DNA from: Thermoplasmata archaeon
GTDB lineage: Archaea > Thermoplasmatota > Thermoplasmata > Lutacidiplasmatales > SKW197
Reading direction: 5' to 3'
Length of the DNA: 64,000 bases
Assembly (NCBI GenBank): GCA_049970095.1
Contig: JBMFNP010000001.1
Span: 18,912-82,911 of the forward strand
A model generated the notes under the pieces. The model worked only from the letters and a program-made list of their open reading frames with translations. It had not been told where the DNA came from and did no database searches. This document shows positions 9,751 to 17,735 of the stretch, one piece after another (within the stretch, counting starts at the first letter, position 1; the number at the start of each line of letters is the position of its first letter). Both the position numbers and the translations under genes were made by a program.

Positions 9751-10743
9751 ATGCGAAAAATCTGCGTGATTCCTGGAGATGGTATCGGTCCGGAAGTTAT
9801 GCAGGCGTGTCTAGATGTTCTCCAGGCAGTTACCAGTGAATTCAGATTTGTGGAAACGCAGCTCGGAATAGAATCCTACAAAAAGTGCGGCAAATATCTT
9901 TCCGAGGAGACAACCCAGATTATCCAGAATACAGATGCATGTCTTTTCGGTGCAATCACAACTCCTCCAGACCCAAACTACCGTTCTCCGCTCCTTGCCC
10001 TCCGTCAAGGCATGCATCTTTATGCCAACCTGCGTCCTGTGTACCAATTCTTACCAGATAAAAAAAAGGTTGATATTGTGATCGTAAGAGAAAATACGGA
10101 GGACCTCTATGCCGGAATTGAGGCAAACCATCAAGGTTATGCTGTAGCTGCAAAAATTGTCAGCAGGGAGGCATGTGAAAGAATTATAGAATTTGCGATA
10201 GATTACGCAAAAATCCACAACAGAAAAAAAATTACCTGTGTGCACAAGGCAAATGTGCTGCGAAAAACAGATGGTCTGTTTGCTTCTGTCTTTCAGGAAA
10301 AGATGAGAAATGAAGAGCATCTAATAGGCGAGGAACTATATGTGGACACCTGCGCACTCAAACTTGTGACCGCACCCGAGAATTTTGACATGATTGTGAC
10401 CCTGAACCTTTATGGAGATATTCTATCAGACCTGGCAGCCGGGCTTATAGGAGGACTTGGGTTCGCACCCTCTGCCAATTTGGGTGAGAGTTATGCAATT
10501 TTCGAGCCTGTGCATGGAAGTGCACCAGACATCGCAGGCAAGGGCATTGCAAATCCCACGGCAATGATACTCTCAGGTGCAATGATGCTGGATTATTTTG
10601 GTTTTTATGAGGCAGCTGATAAAATCAGAAACGGAATTGCAAGTTTGTATGCGAAAGGCATAAAAACAAAGGATATAGGTGGAGAAATTGGAACAGAAAA
10701 GTTCACAGAACTACTGATTAAAGAAATAGATATGGAAAAATGA
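9751..10743 (+). CDS. isocitrate/isopropylmalate dehydrogenase family enzyme (3-isopropylmalate / homoisocitrate dehydrogenase-like)
   Basis: 330 aa. N-terminus MRKICVIPGDGIGPEV… is the family signature. DLYAGIEA, NLYGDILSDLAAGLIGGLG and HGSAPDIAGKGIANP motifs are present. Confidence 0.85.
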   Translation: MRKICVIPGDGIGPEVMQACLDVLQAVTSEFRFVETQLGIESYKKCGKYLSEETTQIIQNTDACLFGAITTPPDPNYRSPLLALRQGMHLYANLRPVYQFLPDKKKVDIVIVRENTEDLYAGIEANHQGYAVAAKIVSREACERIIEFAIDYAKIHNRKKITCVHKANVLRKTDGLFASVFQEKMRNEEHLIGEELYVDTCALKLVTAPENFDMIVTLNLYGDILSDLAAGLIGGLGFAPSANLGESYAIFEPVHGSAPDIAGKGIANPTAMILSGAMMLDYFGFYEAADKIRNGIASLYAKGIKTKDIGGEIGTEKFTELLIKEIDMEK

Positions 10744-11904
10744 TTATTGTTGGATTTTTTCCTTTTTTACAACTCTCTTTTCTGGTATCTCGGCTTTTCC
10801 AGATTCCTCTTCTAGCATCTGGTATCTTTCACCGCCTACCCTCGTAAGCTTGTCGGTCTGCTCTGCCTCTTTCTTGAATTCTTCGTCAAGTTCTTCCAGT
10901 TCACTTTCAATCTCTGAATGCTTAGGAATAGGACCGAGAACATCATCCACCTTGCCCACTGTTTTTTCAATGTCCTCTTGTTTTACTGGCTCTCGTTCAG
11001 GAACTTTCCTTCCAAGCCCGAGATATTCTGCTGCACCTTCTACCAGTTTAGTCACCTCAAAAGGAATTATGAATTTAGTGGATGCACCTTCTCCAAGTTT
11101 CTTTACTGCTTCAAGTGAAAGCACTGTAAGTGATTTCTGATCAAGCGGAATTGCACCCAGTGAAAGAATTCGGAGCCGTTGGGCTTCTCCCTGTGCCTCC
11201 AGAATTGTTCCAAGCCGATTGCCTTCTGCCACCAGAATTCTTGCCTGTCTTGTGCCCTCTGCTTCCAGAATTTTTGCTCTTTTTTTGCCTTCTGCCACCA
11301 GGATTGCAGAGCGTTTTTCTCCATCTGCACGAAGAATTGCTGCCCTTCTCTGCCTTTCAGCTGCTGTTTGTTCTTCCATTGCTGATTTTACTGGTCCAAC
11401 GGGATCAACTTCTCTTATTTCCACTGCCTCTACCTTCACACCCCATTTATCTGTTTCCTCGTCAAGAATATCTCTGAGGCGGGCATTTATTTTTGCACGG
11501 TTGTAAAGGATTTCATCCAGTTCCATGTCTCCGATCACGGATCTCAGCGTGGTCTGGGCAAGTGCAACAGTAGCGACTCTATAATTGGTCACTTCCATGT
11601 ATGCCTTTTTGGGGTCAATTACCTTGATGTAAATAATGGCGTCTACATTCGTGGGGGAATTGTCTTTTGTAATCACTTCCTGGCGTGGCACATCTAACAC
11701 CTGCGTCCTCAAATCCATTCTGATTACATCGGTTATTAGAGGCACCACGAAATTTACACCTGGATGCATGATCCCGCGGTATGTTCCCAGCACTACTTTT
11801 ATTCCCTGTTCGTACGGCGAAATTATCTTTACAGCACTTGCTGCAATTGCGAGCACCACAAAGATCAGCAGTACCGCAAGAAATATTGTCAGTACATCTA
11901 CCAT
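10744..11904 (-). CDS. SPFH/band-7 (stomatin/prohibitin-like) membrane protein
   Basis: N-terminal TM helix, then an SPFH core (…IKVIDPKKAYMEVTNYRVATVALAQTTLRSVIGDMELDEIL…). It has repeated AILxAEG units and an acidic C-terminal tail. Confidence 0.85.
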   Translation of the reverse strand: MVDVLTIFLAVLLIFVVLAIAASAVKIISPYEQGIKVVLGTYRGIMHPGVNFVVPLITDVIRMDLRTQVLDVPRQEVITKDNSPTNVDAIIYIKVIDPKKAYMEVTNYRVATVALAQTTLRSVIGDMELDEILYNRAKINARLRDILDEETDKWGVKVEAVEIREVDPVGPVKSAMEEQTAAERQRRAAILRADGEKRSAILVAEGKKRAKILEAEGTRQARILVAEGNRLGTILEAQGEAQRLRILSLGAIPLDQKSLTVLSLEAVKKLGEGASTKFIIPFEVTKLVEGAAEYLGLGRKVPEREPVKQEDIEKTVGKVDDVLGPIPKHSEIESELEELDEEFKKEAEQTDKLTRVGGERYQMLEEESGKAEIPEKRVVKKEKIQQ

Positions 11905-12044
11905 CGTTTCATCACCACCAAAGGAATAGCGCAGGGAGTATATTAACCTTTCATGGAAACATTCATGGAAAAAGGGAACTAGGGAGTTGCCGCAGGGTGC
12001 AACCCTGACAATATCTTTTTATCTGATAACTCATTTCAATACTC

Positions 12045-13952
12045 ATGGGTCTTGTCAGATTTGGGCCTCTTGTGCTTCGCTGGTGTTTGAACTGCAACAT
12101 ACCAGTAGTGGAACAGAGGGAGTGTGGAATCTGTAAATCGCAGACAGTTGAAGTTCAGGTAACCCCACCAGGGGATGTGAAAATTGCATTTAACAAGGAA
12201 CTTCGGCTTTTCAGAAAAATTCTTGATAAACAGTTTGGCAAGGGATGCGGAACAGCCCTTTTTCCAAGAAATAAACTGGTTGTCCTGAACCCTGTGCCCA
12301 GCATTGACAAGATGTATGAAGTTGTGATGGATGGGCAGGTGGTGGCATCTGTGAGGTATGATATAAAAAAAGGCTGGCAGACACTTCTGAGGATGGAAGG
12401 TGTTTTCAGAATTGAAAAAAATATCTCAAGGCAGTTTGTAGTAGCGGATGACGGTGCCATTGAACCCATCCTGAACGGAAGCAATCTGATGGCTGTCGGG
12501 GTGCTGGAAACATCAAATGATATTGCGGAAGGGGATGAGGTAATAGTTCTTGACAAAATGAAAAAGCCATTTGCAGTGGGTACTGCCAAGATGGATGCAC
12601 AAGAAATGAAATCTGCAATAAATGCGGGGGAAAAAAAAGGAGTGGCTGTGAAAGTGAGATGGAGAGAGGCATGGAGAAAAGCCAGAATCTTACAGGACAG
12701 AATTATAAGCTGGAAGCAGGTTGCAGAGGGGAGCAAAACTGCACTCCAGAACAAGGAACGGATGGCTTTGAATTTCATCCAGAATGTGGCAAAAAAATAC
12801 AACAAAGAAATCGCAGTTTCCTTTAGCGGAGGAAAAGATAGCTTGGTTACGCTTCTTCTCGTGCTGAAAGCAGGTTTTAAGCCCAGAATTTTATTTGTGG
12901 ACACGGGATTGGAACTTCCAGAAACCTTAGAATATGTGAAAAAAATTGCGGAAAAACTTGGAGTTGAAATAATAACAGAAAGTGCAGGAAACGCTTTCTG
13001 GGAAAACCTTGAGATGTTTGGTCCTCCTGGCAGGGACTTTAGATGGTGCTGCAAACTCTGCAAATTAGGTCCCACAACACGGCTAATCAGCAAAAATTTT
13101 CCAGATGGGGCTGTAGTATTTATCGGACAGAGGGTTTACGAGTCAGAACAGCGGGCACAGAAAGGCAACATATGGGAGAATCCTTGGGTCCCTGGACAGA
13201 TTGGTGCCTCCCCTGTGCAGTACTGGAATGCGCTTCACATCTGGCTCTACATTATGAAAGAAGGAATGGATGTGAATCCCTGGTATGCTGAAGGGATGGA
13301 AAGAATTGGGTGTTTTCTCTGCCCTGCATCCAGCATTGGGGACTTCATTATCATAGGCAAGAAATATGAAGGTTTAAAAAAATGGGAAAAGTACTTGAAG
13401 GAATATGCAGAAAAAAATGGTTTTGGAGAAGAATTCTTAAAGTATGCTCTCTGGAGATGGCGAAGGTTGCCCAGGGGAATAAAAGAATACATTGGAGAAT
13501 TTGAATTTGAAAGAAATGGAGCAGATGTGAAACTCAACCTTGCTGATGGTTATTCTCCATGCACCGGTGGTTATTCAATAGAAGGGGTTTACAATAGAAA
13601 ACTGGATATTGAAAGGATAGGAAACCTGCTGAATATCCTTGGAGCCTCAAAAATTGACAGAGAAAACAACCTTTGTGAGATAGAAGGCATCCAAATTTTT
13701 GCAGACGGTGCAGTAGTGGTGAAGGGAAATGATGAACAGGAGCTAAGAGCCAAGCTTACAAACATGCATTCCGTGGTAATGAAGGCACTTTTTTGCGTAA
13801 AATGTGGCATCTGTACAGGGAGATGTGCCCAGAAAGCAATCACACTTAAGGAAAAAGGCATCCACATAAATCCAGAACTCTGCATTCATTGTGGTAACTG
13901 TATCCAGCCATGTCCCGCACTGGTTTACAGGATGGATGCAGAAATCTGGTGA
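12045..13952 (+). CDS. PAPS-reductase-family PP-loop ATPase with N-terminal Zn-ribbon + PUA-like domain and C-terminal 2x[4Fe-4S] ferredoxin domain (paralogue 1)
   Basis: N-terminal Zn ribbon (WCLNCNIPVV…CGICKS). PP-loop AVSFSGGKDS. APS/PAPS-reductase-type cluster ligands RWCCKLCK…GCFLCP. C-terminal CVKCGICTGRCA…CIHCGNCIQPCP ferredoxin motifs. Confidence 0.8.
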   Translation: MGLVRFGPLVLRWCLNCNIPVVEQRECGICKSQTVEVQVTPPGDVKIAFNKELRLFRKILDKQFGKGCGTALFPRNKLVVLNPVPSIDKMYEVVMDGQVVASVRYDIKKGWQTLLRMEGVFRIEKNISRQFVVADDGAIEPILNGSNLMAVGVLETSNDIAEGDEVIVLDKMKKPFAVGTAKMDAQEMKSAINAGEKKGVAVKVRWREAWRKARILQDRIISWKQVAEGSKTALQNKERMALNFIQNVAKKYNKEIAVSFSGGKDSLVTLLLVLKAGFKPRILFVDTGLELPETLEYVKKIAEKLGVEIITESAGNAFWENLEMFGPPGRDFRWCCKLCKLGPTTRLISKNFPDGAVVFIGQRVYESEQRAQKGNIWENPWVPGQIGASPVQYWNALHIWLYIMKEGMDVNPWYAEGMERIGCFLCPASSIGDFIIIGKKYEGLKKWEKYLKEYAEKNGFGEEFLKYALWRWRRLPRGIKEYIGEFEFERNGADVKLNLADGYSPCTGGYSIEGVYNRKLDIERIGNLLNILGASKIDRENNLCEIEGIQIFADGAVVVKGNDEQELRAKLTNMHSVVMKALFCVKCGICTGRCAQKAITLKEKGIHINPELCIHCGNCIQPCPALVYRMDAEIW

Positions 13953-14004
13953 ATGAAAAGGGCAACACAAAAACTTTAAGAACAATTGTGTATTAAACTT
14001 ACAT

Positions 14005-14481
14005 TTGATAAATATGCTACCAATACCAACAAAGTTCTTCGTGACTTCTGGGAAGGCAATAAGCAAGGTATCCGACCTGAACGCATTCGACCTGGCACTG
14101 TTGAGGGCTGGGATCGGTGAGCAGAACCTGGTTTCTGTATCCTCAATTCTGCCAGTTGGAATAAAGCAGGTGGAAAAGCGAACACTTCCCATGGGTGCAA
14201 TCACATACTGCGTGCTTGCCCAGCAGCGTGGCGGTGAGGGTGAAATGATTTCTGCAGGAATTGCTTATGCATTCAGAAAAGATGGGCTCGGAGGTTATGT
14301 GGCAGAGGGGCATATGCATGGCACCCAGAAAAGTTTAAAGGAGGTGCTTCGCTGGAAGATGGAGGAGATGGCAAAGCTGCGTGGTGTAGAACTGGAAAAA
14401 ATAAATTTTAAAACAGAAGAATTGGCAATTCCAATGGACCACTATGGGGTCTGTCTTGCAGCATGTGTGTTTATATTCTGA
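14005..14481 (+). CDS. pdaD: pyruvoyl-dependent arginine decarboxylase
   Basis: 158 aa. LNAFDLALLRAGIGEQNLVSVSSILP closely matches the PdaD self-cleavage region (…[26 protein letters not shown]…), including the Ser-Ser processing site. Confidence 0.9.
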   Translation: MINMLPIPTKFFVTSGKAISKVSDLNAFDLALLRAGIGEQNLVSVSSILPVGIKQVEKRTLPMGAITYCVLAQQRGGEGEMISAGIAYAFRKDGLGGYVAEGHMHGTQKSLKEVLRWKMEEMAKLRGVELEKINFKTEELAIPMDHYGVCLAACVFIF

Positions 14482-14484
14482 GTT

Positions 14485-15366
14485 ATGAAGATAGGAATCC
14501 TTACATACGATGATGAGTGGGCTGAGGAACTCATACACAATCTGAGTGTGCTTTTACCAGATGTGAAGACTGAAATCATTGGAATTTCAAATATGAATTT
14601 GGATGCTTGCATGGAATACAGGATAATTCTAGACAGACAATCATATCTTGACCCTTATCTGAGATGTGCAATGAAGCATGCTGCAATTCATGGAACATAT
14701 GTGATAAATAACCCTTTTTCCTGCTCTCTGGATGATAAATTCTTTTTTTATGGAATTGCAAGGAAACTCAAATTTCAGGTTCCAAAAACCCTGATGCTCC
14801 CACCTTTTGACCCTGATTATGAATTCGGACATGTGATTCCGCAACTCTCATGGGAATGGGTGGAGAAGGAAATAAGATTTCCAGCTGTGCTTAAGCCTGT
14901 GAACGGGTATGCATGGAGAAATGTGTATTTTGTGAACAATATAGAGGAACTCAAAGAAATTTATAAACAGACGGGAAGCGAAACCATGCTTCTCCAGGAA
15001 AAGGTGAATTATGAGGAGTATGTGCGTGCGTTCGTAGTTGGAAAAAAGGCAGTACTTCCTGTAAAATATTTGCCATCTGAACGAAAGTATTTTTCCATGG
15101 AAAATTTTCTATGCGAAAAGATGAAGGAAAAAATCAGAAAAATCTGTGTGAAGTTAAATACAATCCTTGACTATGACATAAACACCGTGGAAATTGGAAT
15201 TGAATCAGGTATTCCTTACCTCATTGACTTCTCAAACTATGTGCCAGAAATAAAGAGATACAATCTCCCTATTGAGTGCTACCACTGGGTTGTGGATAGA
15301 ATTACTGAATTGATTGTGAATTATGCCAGAAATCCGAAAAGGAACAGGAATATGTTTCCAATCTAA
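14485..15366 (+). CDS. ATP-grasp fold protein (RimK/glutathione-synthetase-like ligase)
   Basis: 293 aa in the ATP-grasp size range. It lies 3 nt downstream of pdaD, probably in the same operon. Confidence 0.55.
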   Translation: MKIGILTYDDEWAEELIHNLSVLLPDVKTEIIGISNMNLDACMEYRIILDRQSYLDPYLRCAMKHAAIHGTYVINNPFSCSLDDKFFFYGIARKLKFQVPKTLMLPPFDPDYEFGHVIPQLSWEWVEKEIRFPAVLKPVNGYAWRNVYFVNNIEELKEIYKQTGSETMLLQEKVNYEEYVRAFVVGKKAVLPVKYLPSERKYFSMENFLCEKMKEKIRKICVKLNTILDYDINTVEIGIESGIPYLIDFSNYVPEIKRYNLPIECYHWVVDRITELIVNYARNPKRNRNMFPI

Positions 15367-15515
15367 ATTCAGGGGATGTGGAATTACTCAAGAGTGTTCC
15401 GCACTATATATATAATTTTCTACATCGCCCTAACCAAGATGCTTCGTTCTCTACATCTCCACCAAAACCTTAATTTCTGACAAAATTTTTATCACAGAAA
15501 TGCATATCTCCCCCG

Positions 15516-17462
15516 ATGGAAGTAAATACTGTTTGTGCCAGGGACTGCTATGATGCCTGTCTGATGAAGGTTATTATAGAGGAGGGAGGAATAAAGCGGG
15601 TTCAGGGAAGCAAAGCGCATCCGTTTACAAACGGATTTCTGTGTCCAAAGGGTTATAATTATATAAAATATCAGTATCATGAGGAAAGATTGCGATTTCC
15701 GATGAAAAGGTGCGGAAAAAAAGGTGAGGGAAAGTTTGAAAAAATCACATGGGAAGAGGCACTGAAAATCATTTCAGAAAAGATAAATGAAGTTTCTACA
15801 GAATTTTCTCCACTTTCTATTCTTGTGTATGAGTATGCTGGGCACATGGGGTTCCTAAGCCGTTTCTTTCCATACAGAATTTTTAACAAGCTCAATGCCT
15901 CTTTCGTAAACCATACACTCTGTGATGCTGCAGGGAACGAAGCGTTAAATCTGCACTTTGGCACCAGTTGTGGTGTCTCCCCGCTTATGCTGGAAAATGC
16001 AAAACTGATTGTTGTTTGGGGTGCAAACCTGTACAACACCTCAATTCATGCCTACCAGAAGATTTTAAGGGCAAGAAATAAAGGTGCAATTCTCATTGTT
16101 GTTGACCCTATAAAAAATAAACTTGCGGAAAATGCAGATGTGTTCCTCCAGGTAAAGCCTGGTACAGATGCGCTCCTTGCCTATTCAATTATAAAGATAC
16201 TTATTGAAAGCCAGCTAGTTGATTACGAGTTTATAAACACCTATACATCAGGGTTTGAGGAACTCAAGGCAGTATCACACACGGTTGATTTAAACCAGGC
16301 AGAGAAAATCACAGGAATTTCTGTTGAAAAACTGCGAGATGTTGCAGGCATAGTTGCATCTCTTAAACCAGCGATTTTTGTAATCGGTTATGGAATGCAG
16401 CGCAGAGCATTTGGAGGAAATGCTGTAAGGGCGGTTGCAATGCTTCCTATACTCACAGGAAATATCACCAGAGAGAGCGGAATAATCTATAACAACGCCA
16501 TAATCCCGGTGGATTTTGAGAAATTCACAGGGAAACATCTGAGAAAACTGGAACAGAGAATTTTTAACATGCAGGAACTCGGGAAAGTGCTTACAAACTC
16601 AAAATTGAATCCACCTGTAAAAATGGTGTTTGTTTACAATTCAAATCCTTGTGCTACGCTCCCAAACAGGAAAAGCGTGCTGAAGGGTTTTGAAAGAGAA
16701 GACCTTTTCACTGTGGTCCATGATATATTTCTCACAGAAACCGCACTTTATGCGGACATCCTCCTCCCTGCAAAAACCATGTTTGAGTTTGATGATGTGA
16801 TTTTCGGTTATTTTCTATCAAGTGTTGCAATTCAGAACAAAGTTGTAGATGCTGATGGAGAAGCGGTTTCCAATGCTGAGCTTGCAAGAATGTTAGCAAA
16901 GGCAATGAATTTTATTGAAAAGGAGTTATATGAGGAGGATTCAAAACTCATTGAAGAAGTCATAGAATTCGTGCCCCAGGATGCCAGAGCATTTTTAAAA
17001 AACGAGGGGTATTTGGTGCTTGAAAACAATCCTGCAATAACTGGCTTTGGTACAAAAACTGGAAAAATTGAGATTGCCTCCACTACCGCATGGAAGATAG
17101 GTGCACCCAAAGTACCTCTGCCAATATATGAAAAAACTGATGACTTCTGGCTACTCACTCCTCTCTCCAGGGACACAATTCACACCCAGTTTTCAAATAT
17201 ATCTTTGCAACCCCAAGAGATTGTTTACCTGAGCCCTGGGGATGCAGAGAGAATTGATGTGTGCAATGGAGACATTGTGGTAGTAGAGAGCATAAATGGA
17301 AAGCTTGAACTCGCAGTTGAGATCTGGGAAGCAGTGCAGCCAGGCACCGCAATAATTTTCTTTAGCAAATATGCAAATGTGCTTACTACAGATGAAAAAG
17401 CGGACCTTGGTGCTGGCTCAACATACAATTCTACACAGGTTAAGATCAAGAAAAAAACTTAA
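15516..17462 (+). CDS. molybdopterin (bis-MGD) oxidoreductase catalytic subunit, cytoplasmic, formate-dehydrogenase/formylmethanofuran-dehydrogenase-like
   Basis: N-terminal Fe4S4 motif CARDCYDAC. A long molybdopterin-binding core with a C-terminal molybdopterin dinucleotide-binding barrel. No signal peptide and no in-frame TGA. Confidence 0.75.
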   Translation: MEVNTVCARDCYDACLMKVIIEEGGIKRVQGSKAHPFTNGFLCPKGYNYIKYQYHEERLRFPMKRCGKKGEGKFEKITWEEALKIISEKINEVSTEFSPLSILVYEYAGHMGFLSRFFPYRIFNKLNASFVNHTLCDAAGNEALNLHFGTSCGVSPLMLENAKLIVVWGANLYNTSIHAYQKILRARNKGAILIVVDPIKNKLAENADVFLQVKPGTDALLAYSIIKILIESQLVDYEFINTYTSGFEELKAVSHTVDLNQAEKITGISVEKLRDVAGIVASLKPAIFVIGYGMQRRAFGGNAVRAVAMLPILTGNITRESGIIYNNAIIPVDFEKFTGKHLRKLEQRIFNMQELGKVLTNSKLNPPVKMVFVYNSNPCATLPNRKSVLKGFEREDLFTVVHDIFLTETALYADILLPAKTMFEFDDVIFGYFLSSVAIQNKVVDADGEAVSNAELARMLAKAMNFIEKELYEEDSKLIEEVIEFVPQDARAFLKNEGYLVLENNPAITGFGTKTGKIEIASTTAWKIGAPKVPLPIYEKTDDFWLLTPLSRDTIHTQFSNISLQPQEIVYLSPGDAERIDVCNGDIVVVESINGKLELAVEIWEAVQPGTAIIFFSKYANVLTTDEKADLGAGSTYNSTQVKIKKKT

Positions 17463-17510
17463 TATGGAACATAAAGACTCGGTGATCTCACATTTGCGGC
17501 AAACTGATAC

Positions 17511-17712
17511 GAGACTGTCAACTTAACACATCCTTGATCCAATAATTTGTAAACCCGACATCCTATACATGGATGGCAATGGCTTGCTCGTCATCAATAT
17601 CCCAAGCACACCATACCCTATATTCTTTCAATCATCCCATCCCTCCATAGGTAAACCTATGCTTAAGAGGGGGATGGGATTGGGAGTATTTAACCCTTAA
17701 GTTGACACTCTC
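17511..17712. repeat. 202-bp MITE-like element with 16-bp terminal inverted repeats (15/16 match) in a convergent 3' intergenic region
   Basis: Left end gagaCtgtcaacttaa (17511-17526) versus the reverse complement of the right end ttaagttgacaCtctc (17697-17712). The interior holds a ~12-bp stem (atcccatccctcc…gagggggatgggat) enclosing the palindrome ataggt-aa-acctat. Confidence 0.4.
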
Positions 17713-17735
17713 AGAATGAAAAAGGAAAAGGTTTT

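Noticed and set aside
12155-13093. 312-aa ORF on the minus strand inside the PAPS-reductase-like gene
   Set aside because: It is antisense to a gene with clear PP-loop and ferredoxin motifs. Its translation is Ser/Pro/Leu-rich low complexity with no motifs. It is typical antisense-frame openness.
15516-17462. Selenocysteine (in-frame TGA) in the molybdopterin oxidoreductase
   Set aside because: The ORF is continuous for 648 codons with Cys ligands and no internal TGA, so no recoding is needed.
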